Part shown: piece after piece, positions 17,807-25,789 of the stretch | Layout: each line of letters begins with the position of its first letter | How positions within the stretch are numbered: the first letter of the stretch is position 1 | From: Pseudoalteromonas translucida KMM 520 | Lineage (GTDB): Bacteria; Pseudomonadota; Gammaproteobacteria; Enterobacterales; Alteromonadaceae | Length of the DNA: 32,000 nucleotides | NCBI RefSeq assembly: GCF_001465295.1 | Contig: NZ_CP011035.1 | Coordinates: 420,001 to 452,000, forward strand | Direction of reading: 5' to 3' | Notes under the pieces: model-generated | Databases searched by the model: none | Seen by the model: the letters and a program-made list of their open reading frames with translations, nothing else | Told to the model about the DNA's origin: nothing | Program-made: the position numbers and the translations under genes

Positions 17807-17895
17807 GCGGACTAGTCACAGTTCATGGGGAGAAAGGTAATACTTGTTGACTCCTTAAAGCTTAATAAATTAAGCCCACTTCCTGTGAGTCCAGC
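17807..17895 (-). promoter_or_regulatory. Candidate structured 5'-leader RNA element of the TonB-dependent receptor mRNA
   Basis: mRNA-sense strand. A closing helix pairs GCUGGACUCACAG with CUGUGA(CUA)GUCCGC. Inside is a perfect hairpin GCUUAA-UUUA-UUAAGC (17875-17860) and a GGAG...CUCC arm. UCCCCA (17831-17826) is complementary both to GUGGG inside the element and to the SD UGGGGA (17756-17751). Hand-folded only. Confidence 0.3.
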
Positions 17896-18069
17896 TTATA
17901 GACTATAGAGAAAAAACAAGTAGAGCAATAATTAATTAACCATTATTTAACAATGGGGAGGTTTTGTATGAAATTACAACAACACAGTGAGTGCTGCCTG
18001 TAATGCGCAGTTTGATTAAGAAAAAGGTTAAATTAAGGACGGTTTAAATAAGGGGGGTTAGCGTTTTTG

Positions 18070-18231
18070 TTACTTTATTGTTATTGCATGCTGCTCATTT
18101 TTGCGCTTCCAAATAGCGAGCTGCTCTTTATATTCATCCCATACGCATGGGCAACAACTTCCACCACCACAGCACTCGTCCGGCTTAGGTTTTTCTGGTT
18201 TTGCGACTGCAGGTAGTCCATTTAATTGCAT
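18070..18231 (-). CDS. Small Cys-rich protein with an Oxidored-like (PF09791-type) CC-x4-CC-x-CVW-x2-Y motif, 53 aa
   Basis: My own translation gives MQLNGLPAVAKPEKPKPDECCGGGSCCPCVWDEYKEQLAIWKRKNEQHAITIK*. It appears too short for the ORF track. The PxxCCxxGxCxxCVWxxY pattern matches the oxidoreductase-like N-terminal domain family as I remember it. There is no obvious SD. Confidence 0.6.
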   Translation of the reverse strand: MQLNGLPAVAKPEKPKPDECCGGGSCCPCVWDEYKEQLAIWKRKNEQHAITIK

Positions 18232-18335
18232 ATTAAGATTTTTTTAAATACTAAAAAGGCTGTAAATAATAAAGTATTGACCTTGGCATGTAAATTATTC
18301 TTTGTGAACTTGAATCCCTGTGTGAGAATACGCTA

Positions 18336-18758
18336 ATGCGATTATATAAAGTCATACACCGCGCACCATGGCGGGTTGTTAAAATTAGTTCCAAGCGCCA
18401 GCAATTGCGTTTTCGTCGTGCTATGGTTGCGCTTAAAATTGCGCTTGCGCAAGAAAGACAAGAAACAAAAGAAATGCTCTCAATTTATAAACGCTACACA
18501 CAAGGGCAAACAAATAAAGCCGAATTAAAGCGTGCAAATGAGCAATTTGTAGATATTTTAAAGGGTTTGGGTTTAGGGGTATTTGCCTTATTACCGTTTG
18601 CACCTTTAACTATTCCTTTAGTGGTTAAACTTGGCCGCTTAGTTGGCGTTGATGTTTTGCCTAGCTCCTTCAATATGAATCGTTCAGTTAAAGAGCTTGA
18701 TCGTGAAATAGCTCAAGAAAATCAAAAGCAAGACCCACAAAACTCATTAAAAAAGTAA
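18336..18758 (+). CDS. LETM1-domain-like small membrane-associated protein
   Basis: 140 aa. ...KEMLSIYKRYTQGQ...LLPFAPLTIPLVVKLGRLVGVDVLPSSF resembles the LETM1 ribosome-binding-domain core (LVPF..F.I.PF.E.LLP...KLFP..LPS.F). The start codon is uncertain because no ATG has a clear SD. Confidence 0.55.
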   Translation: MRLYKVIHRAPWRVVKISSKRQQLRFRRAMVALKIALAQERQETKEMLSIYKRYTQGQTNKAELKRANEQFVDILKGLGLGVFALLPFAPLTIPLVVKLGRLVGVDVLPSSFNMNRSVKELDREIAQENQKQDPQNSLKK

Positions 18759-18805
18759 TCTATAATTGGCAAAATTAGCGATACCTTTTACGTCTCCATA
18801 TTGTT

Positions 18806-20203
18806 ATGCTTAGTGACCATTTATATTTTGTGAGTCATTTAATGAGTGCATTACTTCGTCATACTTCTTCTGGAATTCCTTTATCTTTTATCCTTAAAAA
18901 CGAATTAACCGACTGGCTTACGCAGCAGCCTACATTTGTACAAAACTGGTTAGCAAATAGTGGTTTTGAAAAGCAAGGGCTAGCATTAGTACCAAACCCG
19001 GAAACGGGTGAACTTAACCATGTTTATTGCATAATGCGCAGCAGTGATGACTTTTGGGCTGCAGGCGACTTAGCCACCAAGTTACCGCTTGGCTGTTATC
19101 AAATTCAAGGTGAAAAGCAACTAGTTGAGCAGCTTGCCTTAGGCTTTGTGTTGGGTGGTTATGAATTTAGTGAGTACAAAGAAAAAATCACCGCAAAAGC
19201 GCAGCTAGGTATTGCTGACAAAACACTTTACGAGCAAATAAAACAACAAGCCGACGCAATTGGTTTAGCCCGCGATTTAGTTAATACGCCGGCTGCCGAC
19301 ATGATGCCGCAACATTTAGCACAAGTAATGAGTGATTTAGCCGATACCTTTGATGGAGACTTTACTCAGTGGATTGGGGATGAGTTGTTAGAACAAAACT
19401 ACCCAACAATTCATATGGTTGGTCGTGCGAGTGAAAATAAGCCGCGTTTACTCGATTTAAAATGGGGCGCAAAAGACGCACCATTAATTACTTTGGTTGG
19501 TAAAGGTGTATGTTTTGACTCAGGCGGGCTTGACTTAAAACCTAGTGCCGGTATGCGTAACATGAAAAAAGACATGGGCGGCGCAGCACATGTAATTGCG
19601 CTTGCTCAGCTTATAATGGCTGCTAATTTACCAATTAGATTACGCGTGTTAGTACCTGCGGTTGAAAACGCGGTTTCGCGTAACGCATTTCGCCCAGGCG
19701 ATGTAGTAAAAACCCGTAAAGGCATTATGGTTGAAATTGACAATACCGATGCCGAAGGACGTTTAGTATTATGTGACGCGCTTAGCGAAGCCCAAAACGA
19801 CGAGCCTGAGCTTATCATTGACTTTGCTACCTTAACAGGTGCGTGTCGAGTTGCTTTAGGCACTGAACTACCAGGGTTTTTCTGTACTGAGCGTACTATT
19901 GCTAATAGTATTATGGACGCAGGGTTGAGCGTAAATGATCCGGTATGGCAACTGCCGTTATTTGATCAATACAAGTCATTTTTAAACAGTGATGTGGCCG
20001 ATATGGCAAACTGTGCAAGCACCCCATTTGGCGGCGCAATTACCGCTGCACTGTATTTAAAAGAATTTATTGAGCCAACTACGCCTTGGGTACATTTTGA
20101 TGTAATGGCATGGAACTTACGTGCTCTACCAGGTCGCCCAGTAGGCGGTGAAGCGCTAGGTATTCGTGCAGTATTTAATTACTTGCAAAACCGTTTTAAC
20201 TAA
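18806..20203 (+). CDS. M17 family leucyl aminopeptidase-like metallopeptidase
   Basis: 465 aa with the M17 signature NTDAEGRLVLCDAL and metal/active-site blocks VGKGVCFDSGGLDLKP and MKKDMGGAA. Alternative start at 18842 (MSALL...). Confidence 0.9.
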   Translation: MLSDHLYFVSHLMSALLRHTSSGIPLSFILKNELTDWLTQQPTFVQNWLANSGFEKQGLALVPNPETGELNHVYCIMRSSDDFWAAGDLATKLPLGCYQIQGEKQLVEQLALGFVLGGYEFSEYKEKITAKAQLGIADKTLYEQIKQQADAIGLARDLVNTPAADMMPQHLAQVMSDLADTFDGDFTQWIGDELLEQNYPTIHMVGRASENKPRLLDLKWGAKDAPLITLVGKGVCFDSGGLDLKPSAGMRNMKKDMGGAAHVIALAQLIMAANLPIRLRVLVPAVENAVSRNAFRPGDVVKTRKGIMVEIDNTDAEGRLVLCDALSEAQNDEPELIIDFATLTGACRVALGTELPGFFCTERTIANSIMDAGLSVNDPVWQLPLFDQYKSFLNSDVADMANCASTPFGGAITAALYLKEFIEPTTPWVHFDVMAWNLRALPGRPVGGEALGIRAVFNYLQNRFN

Positions 20204-20227
20204 TAGTCGAGTATTAAGTATGAGGTG

Positions 20228-20614
20228 TTAAACCTCATACAACTCAAGCGGTAAATTATCCGGATCGGCAAAAAAAGTAAACTTTTTGCCGGTTATTTCA
20301 TCTTCTCTTATGTCCTCTACGCTAACCCCTTGCGACTCTAAATACGCTTTAGCCACGTGCACATCACTTACTTTAAATGCCAAATGCCTTAACCCTTGTG
20401 CTTCAGGGTAACTTGGGCGCTCTGGTGCGCCAGCAAACGAAAACAACTCAAGTTGACTGCCATCAGGTAAAGCTAAGTCTAATTTATAAGAGTTTCGCGC
20501 TTCCCTAAAGTGCTCATTAATAATTTTAAGCTTTAATATTTTGCTATAAAAATGCTTAGCGCGAGGGTAGTCGCTGCAAATAATAGCGGCATGATGAATG
20601 CCAAGTAGTTTCAT
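20228..20614 (-). CDS. VOC/glyoxalase-family protein (YaeR-like)
   Basis: From ATG 20614: MKLLGIHHAAIICSDYPRAKHFY...LELFSFAGAPERPSYPEAQGLRHLAF...FTFFADPDNLPLELYEV. The pattern is that of the YaeR subgroup of the vicinal-oxygen-chelate fold. The track's TTG start at 20647 would run into the fabH-like terminator region. Confidence 0.85.
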   Translation of the reverse strand: MKLLGIHHAAIICSDYPRAKHFYSKILKLKIINEHFREARNSYKLDLALPDGSQLELFSFAGAPERPSYPEAQGLRHLAFKVSDVHVAKAYLESQGVSVEDIREDEITGKKFTFFADPDNLPLELYEV

Positions 20615-20652
20615 AACGCGCTCTCTAAATTGTGTAATTAAATACAAATACT

Positions 20653-20683
20653 AAAAACAAAAAACGCACAATTAAGTGCGTTT
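20653..20683 (-). terminator. Rho-independent terminator after the KAS III gene
   Basis: Minus strand reads AAACGCAC-TTAATT-GTGCGTTT followed by TTTGTTTTT. It lies 19 nt past the stop at 20702. Confidence 0.85.
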
Positions 20684-20701
20684 CAATAAGTAGCTGCCTG
20701 T

Positions 20702-21781
20702 TTAGGTTGGCTCTGCTTCTTTACATGCTTTTACCGCTGGAGCAACTAACTCTAGGCCGGTTTTATCGCAAGGAGGAAGTTGTGCATCACTTACACTAAT
20801 AGGTGTTACACGCTCGCCCCATTTAATATAACTAGCAGCCCACGTAAGGCCAGCGCCAAAGGCCGCCGACATAATATTTGAGTGTGGTTTAATTAAACCT
20901 TGCTCCACCGCTTCGCAAAGTGCAATGGCAATAGTCGCTGCCGATGTATTACCGTACTGGCCAATATTAACCATTACTTTTTCATCGGGTACTTTTAAAC
21001 GGTGCTGAATGGCTTGAATAATACGTAAGTTAGCTTGATGTGGCACTAATACGTTTATATCGTCTAGGCTTAAATTTGCTTGGGCTAGTACATCGTCGCA
21101 TGCTTCACTCATGCCTTTTACAGCGCGCTTAAATATTTCACGGCCTTCAAATAGTAAATTAGATGGGCCAATCGGCTGATATTTATTTAAGTCACTACCA
21201 AAGTTTTCGATATGTAAAATATCACGATCTGTACTGTCACAACCTGTTTTAGTCGCGAGTAAACCTGCAGGTGTATCGGCAGCTTCGAGTACTACGGCAC
21301 CCGCGCCATCGCCAAATAATACCGCACTGTCACGGCGCGACCAGTTTACATACCAAGTCATGCGCTCAGCAGCAATAACCACAGCCTTTTTAATCATACC
21401 GGCTTGTATTTGCGCTGTTGCTGCTTGTAGAGCATATAAAAACCCTGAACAAGCTGCGTTAGTATCCATGGCGGCAGCGCCCACAGCGCCAATATTTTTT
21501 TGCACTAACGATGCAGTATTTGCCACCATAGTTGATGGAGTACAGGTGGCTAAAATAACTAAATCAATATCTTTAGCGTCAATACCAGCACAAGCAATAG
21601 CATGCTTAGCCGCCACAGTAGCAAGCTCTGCAGTACTTACATGGCTAACTCTGCGAGATTTTATACCTGTTCGTGATGTTATCCACTCGTCTGTGGTATC
21701 CACTATTTTGCTAATTTCGTCGTTACTAATGCTTGTTGGTGGAATGCATTTACCCCAACCAGTGATGTGTGCGTAAGGCAT
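20702..21781 (-). CDS. Beta-ketoacyl-ACP synthase III family enzyme (FabH-like, orphan copy)
   Basis: From ATG 21781: [14 protein letters not shown].... The Cys-His-Asn triad contexts are [21 protein letters not shown] and GNTSAATI. A ~35-aa C-terminal tail ([37 protein letters not shown]) follows the thiolase fold. It is not next to plsX/fabD/fabG/acpP. Confidence 0.85.
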   Translation of the reverse strand: MPYAHITGWGKCIPPTSISNDEISKIVDTTDEWITSRTGIKSRRVSHVSTAELATVAAKHAIACAGIDAKDIDLVILATCTPSTMVANTASLVQKNIGAVGAAAMDTNAACSGFLYALQAATAQIQAGMIKKAVVIAAERMTWYVNWSRRDSAVLFGDGAGAVVLEAADTPAGLLATKTGCDSTDRDILHIENFGSDLNKYQPIGPSNLLFEGREIFKRAVKGMSEACDDVLAQANLSLDDINVLVPHQANLRIIQAIQHRLKVPDEKVMVNIGQYGNTSAATIAIALCEAVEQGLIKPHSNIMSAAFGAGLTWAASYIKWGERVTPISVSDAQLPPCDKTGLELVAPAVKACKEAEPT

Positions 21782-21967
21782 AGTGTGTTCTCTTAAAAAG
21801 TGGTCTGACATGTATTACTAATGAATAAGTTATACCAAAAAATGGCTTTTAACACTAGTAAATACCCAAGGAGATAAAAAATGATAGCTTATTAAAAGGG
21901 TTTTTGTAGCGTAAATGTAGCAATTTATAGTTAATTGGGTTAAAGGTAGAGCTTAAAAGGAGCAAGT

Positions 21968-23275
21968 ATGAAAACTACACTAATAACGACATTTACTGCA
22001 ATCACTTTAGCGTTAACAACAAATATGGCATTAGCACAACAACATAAAATTATTTATGCGGGCAGTGACATGCTGGGTACAGAGCAAACGGTTAAAACTG
22101 AGCAAACACTGGTAATAGTCGATGATAAAATTTCAGCGATTAAAAGCGGCTATGTAAGTAAAAATGCATTGGGTTTACCCGATGCGCAAGTAATTGACCT
22201 TAAAAATCAATTTGTAATGCCCGGGCTAATAGACATGCACGTGCATGTTACTTTTGAGCGCGATGCCAATGTTAGCAGGCATCGCTGGACTACCGAATAC
22301 GAGGCAGACAACGCGCTGCGTTCAATTAAATATTTACAGCGTACTTTAAATGCAGGTTTTACTTCAGTACGAGACTTAGGCAGTAACTATCAGGTTATTT
22401 TTCCGCTAAAGCGCGCCATTGAGCGTAATGATATTAATGGTCCACGCATTTTTGCCGCGGGCAATACAGTATCGCCTACTGGTGGGCACGCCGATTTACA
22501 TGGCTATCGTAAAGATATAAGCGACGGTGTTGGTGCATCGTTAGGTATTTGTAACGGCGCAGACGACTGCCGCAGAGCAACGCGCGAAGTGATTAAAAGT
22601 GGTGCCGATGTTATAAAAATTACCGCCACCGGTGGCGTATTAAGTAATACCGCCGCAGGCGTTAATCAACAATTAACCGACGCAGAGCTTAGTGCAATTG
22701 TAGATACCGCGCATCATTTAGGGCGTAAAGTAGCCGCTCATGCACATGGTACGCAGGGTATAAAAGCCGCGCTTAAAGCGGGTGTAAACTCAATAGAGCA
22801 TGGCTCGTATTTAGATAAAGAGGCTATAGCACTGTTTAAAAAAACCGGAGCCTACTTAGTACCTACTTTGCTGGCCGGTGCAACCGTGAGCGAAGAAGCT
22901 ATCAGTAATCCAAACATGCCAATTGCTATTGCAGATAAAGTGCGCGAAGTAACACCTAAAATGCAGGCATCGTTTAAATTAGCGCTAAAAAATGAGGTAA
23001 ATATTGCCTTTGGCACCGACTCAGGCGTATCGCGCCATGGCCTTAATGCTAACGAGTTTAGCTTACTGGTAAGTAATGGTATGAGTGAAGCGCAGGCAAT
23101 TAAATCGGCAACCGTGAGCGCAGCTAAACTGCTTGGCCAAGATACCCAATTAGGCGATTTGAGTGTGGGTAAACAAGCCGACATTATTAGTGTTAACGCC
23201 TCGCCGCTAAAAAACATTGCAGAGCTTAAAAATGTGCAGTTTGTAATGAAAGCAGGGCAAGTATATAAGCAATAA
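21968..23275 (+). CDS. Secreted metal-dependent amidohydrolase (Xaa-Pro dipeptidase/imidazolonepropionase-like superfamily)
   Basis: 435 aa with a Sec signal peptide (MKTTLITTFTAITLALTTNMALA|QQ), the metal-binding HxH (IDMHVHV), later His/Asp ligands (AHAHG, IEHGSY, FGTDSG), and a strong SD (AAGGAG) before the ATG. Confidence 0.85.
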   Translation: MKTTLITTFTAITLALTTNMALAQQHKIIYAGSDMLGTEQTVKTEQTLVIVDDKISAIKSGYVSKNALGLPDAQVIDLKNQFVMPGLIDMHVHVTFERDANVSRHRWTTEYEADNALRSIKYLQRTLNAGFTSVRDLGSNYQVIFPLKRAIERNDINGPRIFAAGNTVSPTGGHADLHGYRKDISDGVGASLGICNGADDCRRATREVIKSGADVIKITATGGVLSNTAAGVNQQLTDAELSAIVDTAHHLGRKVAAHAHGTQGIKAALKAGVNSIEHGSYLDKEAIALFKKTGAYLVPTLLAGATVSEEAISNPNMPIAIADKVREVTPKMQASFKLALKNEVNIAFGTDSGVSRHGLNANEFSLLVSNGMSEAQAIKSATVSAAKLLGQDTQLGDLSVGKQADIISVNASPLKNIAELKNVQFVMKAGQVYKQ

Positions 23276-23289
23276 CCACACTTGCTATT

Positions 23290-23351
23290 AAGGCACTGGG
23301 CTCAATAAATATTAAGCTTAATAATTATTAACCCCAGCGCCGTGGCCTTTT
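23290..23351 (+). terminator. Possible long imperfect hairpin terminator after the amidohydrolase gene
   Basis: AAGGCACTGGG ... CCCAGCGCCGTGGCCTT arms (with bulges) enclose an AT-rich near-palindrome centred on AAGCTT, followed by TTTT. Confidence 0.4.
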
Positions 23352-23453
23352 AATACTTCACTTTGTACCTAGTTACAATGTTGATGAATGATGACTAAGT
23401 ATTGCATAAGCATTAAAATAGCTTTTCTTAAAATTCAATAGGTAACATGTGTT

Positions 23454-24713
23454 TTGTTAATTCGCACCGATCCGGCTATTAGCCGCCTTTTAATGTTACG
23501 CAGTGGTGCCATAGCTGTGCAGCTTATTGCTGTGCTTATAGTGTACTTTTTATTAGATCATCAAATAGCATTAATGCCCTTACTGTTAGTGATTGCCCTA
23601 GAAGCGGGATTTCAGTTAATGAGTTTGCTGGCTTATCGTAATGTAAGCCAAGCAAAGCCGCTGGGTATGCTGATGCAATTAACCGCCGACGTATTGTTTT
23701 TAACTATTTTGTTATCACTCAGTGGTGGCGCAACCAATGCGTTTGTGTCGTTATTATTGCTGCCAATAATGATTGCTGCGGTAACGCTAAGTGGCAAAGG
23801 GCTTGCTTATATCGCGGTATTAGCCATTGCGGCGTATAGTGTATTACTGATAAAAATGCCCGAACATAACCTGCACCAAATGAACATGAGCGGCCACTTT
23901 ATTAGCATGTGGATTAATTTTGTTTTGAGTGCTTGTGTAATAGCGTTAGTGATTGGTGCAATGAACCGCGCCCTAAAAGAGCGTGAGCGCACTATTGCTC
24001 AAGTGCGCGAGCAACAATTGCGCAGTGAACAGTTAGTAACGCTTGATGGCGCAGCAGCGCAAATAACGCATCAGCTTGCTACACCAATTGCTAACTTACA
24101 GTTACTATTTGAAGAGCTATTAGAGGATCATCCAAATAACCTTGTCGTTCAGCAAATGCACACTCCATTACAACAATGCGCTGCACAGTTAGATAGTTTT
24201 AGAAAGCTCTCTGCTGCGCTGCGCCTTAATAACATCCAACAACACATCACAACGGCGCAGTTACAACAGCAAATTACCGATACGCTATTACTGCAATATC
24301 CCGATCAACAAATAAAGTGGATTATAAAAAACCAAACGTGTGGCGTTAATACTGCCATATTAAACAGTGATGCTATGTTGCTACCTGCTATTTTAAATTT
24401 ACTCCAAAATGCAGCCACCGCTAATCAGCAGCAAGGCCAAAATGTGCTTGAGCTTACTTGGCAGCAAGAGGAGCACTGCGGCGAATATGTTTACTTGCTT
24501 ATTCGCGACTTTGGGAGTGGCTTTTCAGCAACGCAACTGAGCGATTTAGGTGGACAGTTAATGCCCAGCGATCATGGTATGGGGCTGGCGGTGCTGCTTT
24601 CTAATGTAACCTTTGAGCGTTTAAATGGCTCGCTAACTTTATATAACCACCCCCAGAGTGGCGCAATTGCCAAAGTTAAATTAGCAACTGTTTTTAGCGA
24701 GAAAAGTGAATGA
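23454..24713 (+). CDS. RegB/PrrB/RoxS-family membrane sensor histidine kinase
   Basis: 419 aa with a TTG start (uncertain) and about six N-terminal TM helices. GGATNAF (nt 23724-23744) resembles the RegB GGxxNPF quinone-site heptapeptide. The H-box is AAQITHQLATP (His206, nt 24069-24071). The N-box is LLQNAATA and the G-box is DFGSGF...GMGLAV. Its stop overlaps the partner regulator start (ATGA). Confidence 0.8.
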   Translation: MLIRTDPAISRLLMLRSGAIAVQLIAVLIVYFLLDHQIALMPLLLVIALEAGFQLMSLLAYRNVSQAKPLGMLMQLTADVLFLTILLSLSGGATNAFVSLLLLPIMIAAVTLSGKGLAYIAVLAIAAYSVLLIKMPEHNLHQMNMSGHFISMWINFVLSACVIALVIGAMNRALKERERTIAQVREQQLRSEQLVTLDGAAAQITHQLATPIANLQLLFEELLEDHPNNLVVQQMHTPLQQCAAQLDSFRKLSAALRLNNIQQHITTAQLQQQITDTLLLQYPDQQIKWIIKNQTCGVNTAILNSDAMLLPAILNLLQNAATANQQQGQNVLELTWQQEEHCGEYVYLLIRDFGSGFSATQLSDLGGQLMPSDHGMGLAVLLSNVTFERLNGSLTLYNHPQSGAIAKVKLATVFSEKSE

Positions 24714-25237
24714 AAATATTAATTATTGAAGACGATATAAACCTTGCTAGTACCTTAGCAAGGCGGCTAACTAAATACGGTTTTAACTGCGAAATAGCGC
24801 ATAACCAAAGTGAGGCACTGCTTAGTGCAAGGCGGTTTTTACCAGCTATTATTTTGTTAGATATGAAGTTAGGTAACGACAATGGCTTAGCGTTAATAAA
24901 ACCACTGCGCAGCTTGCTCACACACGCGCATATTGTATTACTCACGGGCTTTGCCAGTATTGCCACCGCAGTTGAAGCAATGCGCTTAGGGGCCAACGAC
25001 TACCTTACCAAACCTGTTGATATGGCAACTTTACTAAAAGCACTTAACCAAGAGCGCGATACTGTAATAAGCTTAGATGTTGCAACCACAGTTATGTCGC
25101 CAGAGCGTTTAGAGTGGGAGCATATACAGCAAGTGCTACACAGTAATAATGGTAATGTGTCGAGCACCGCAAGGCAGCTCAATATGCATAGACGTACATT
25201 ACAGCGCAAATTACAAAAAAAGCCAGTACAGCATTAA
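24710..25237 (+). CDS. RegA/PrrA/RoxR-family response regulator (REC + Fis-type HTH)
   Basis: 175 aa with REC features (ILIIEDD, ILLDMKL, LLTGFAS, YLTKP) and a C-terminal Fis-like HTH (NVSSTARQLNMHRRTLQRKL) preceded by LEWEHIQQVL, as in RegA/ActR proteins. Confidence 0.85.
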   Translation: MKILIIEDDINLASTLARRLTKYGFNCEIAHNQSEALLSARRFLPAIILLDMKLGNDNGLALIKPLRSLLTHAHIVLLTGFASIATAVEAMRLGANDYLTKPVDMATLLKALNQERDTVISLDVATTVMSPERLEWEHIQQVLHSNNGNVSSTARQLNMHRRTLQRKLQKKPVQH

Positions 25238-25348
25238 TAACGGTAGTGATTAAATATAATTAGCAAAAACTAAAGCGATGCTGGATTTTTTTGAGCGCAC
25301 TCAACACATTAATGAAGCACTATAGTAGCTGCCTGATTTAACTAGCTG

Positions 25349-25357
25349 TGCTAAAAT
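25349..25357 (+). promoter_or_regulatory. Candidate extended -10 promoter element for ppiC
   Basis: TGcTAAAAT lies 40 nt upstream of the ppiC ATG. No good -35 was seen. Confidence 0.3.
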
Positions 25358-25396
25358 CGCGGCGTTTAAATTTAACCGATATTACAAGGCTTTCAC

Positions 25397-25675
25397 ATGG
25401 CAAATACAGCGCACGCACTGCATATACTGGTAAAACATAAAGAAATTGCAGAAGATATTATTACGCAATTAGGTAAAGGTGCAAAATTTCAAACCTTAGC
25501 TAAAAAGTATTCGTCGTGTCCGTCGGGTAAAAAGGGTGGCGATTTAGGTGAATTTAGACGTGGGCAAATGGTGCCACAGTTCGACAAAATTGCATTTAAT
25601 GGCGCTATTTTAGAGCCGCATTTAGTTAAAACTAAATTTGGCTGGCATGTGATCAAAGTGCTTTACCGTACTTAA
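25397..25675 (+). CDS. ppiC: Peptidyl-prolyl cis-trans isomerase C (parvulin)
   Basis: 92 aa: ...[61 protein letters not shown]...[12 protein letters not shown]. Near-collinear with E. coli PpiC (Par10). Confidence 0.95.
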   Translation: MANTAHALHILVKHKEIAEDIITQLGKGAKFQTLAKKYSSCPSGKKGGDLGEFRRGQMVPQFDKIAFNGAILEPHLVKTKFGWHVIKVLYRT

Positions 25676-25736
25676 CACTCTTTGAGTGCATGTATTAAGT
25701 GCAGTTTAACAAGGCTTAATACTTTAAATTAAATAT

Positions 25737-25762
25737 AAAAGGCTGCACATTGCAGCCTTTTT
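25737..25762. terminator. Bidirectional rho-independent terminator between convergent ppiC and the DsbA-family gene
   Basis: AAAA-GGCTGCA-CAT-TGCAGCC-TTTTT: a perfect 7-bp GC-rich stem flanked by an A-run and a T-run. Confidence 0.85.
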
Positions 25763-25789
25763 AGATTCTTGAATTCAGGGTTTAATTAA

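Noticed and set aside
17743-18069. Known riboswitch classes (cobalamin B12 box GCCACUG, TPP CUGAGA/ACCUGA, MoCo, c-di-GMP) and a Fur box upstream of the second TonB-dependent receptor
   Set aside because: None of the diagnostic core sequences is present. The best Fur alignment in the AT-rich stretch near 17925-17950 was only about 9/19.
20689-20700. 12-mer AGTAGCTGCCTG also present at 25324-25335 (16/17 identity with flanks)
   Set aside because: A rough expectation for a 12-mer recurring by chance on either strand in 32 kb is well above one, so it is not significant by itself.
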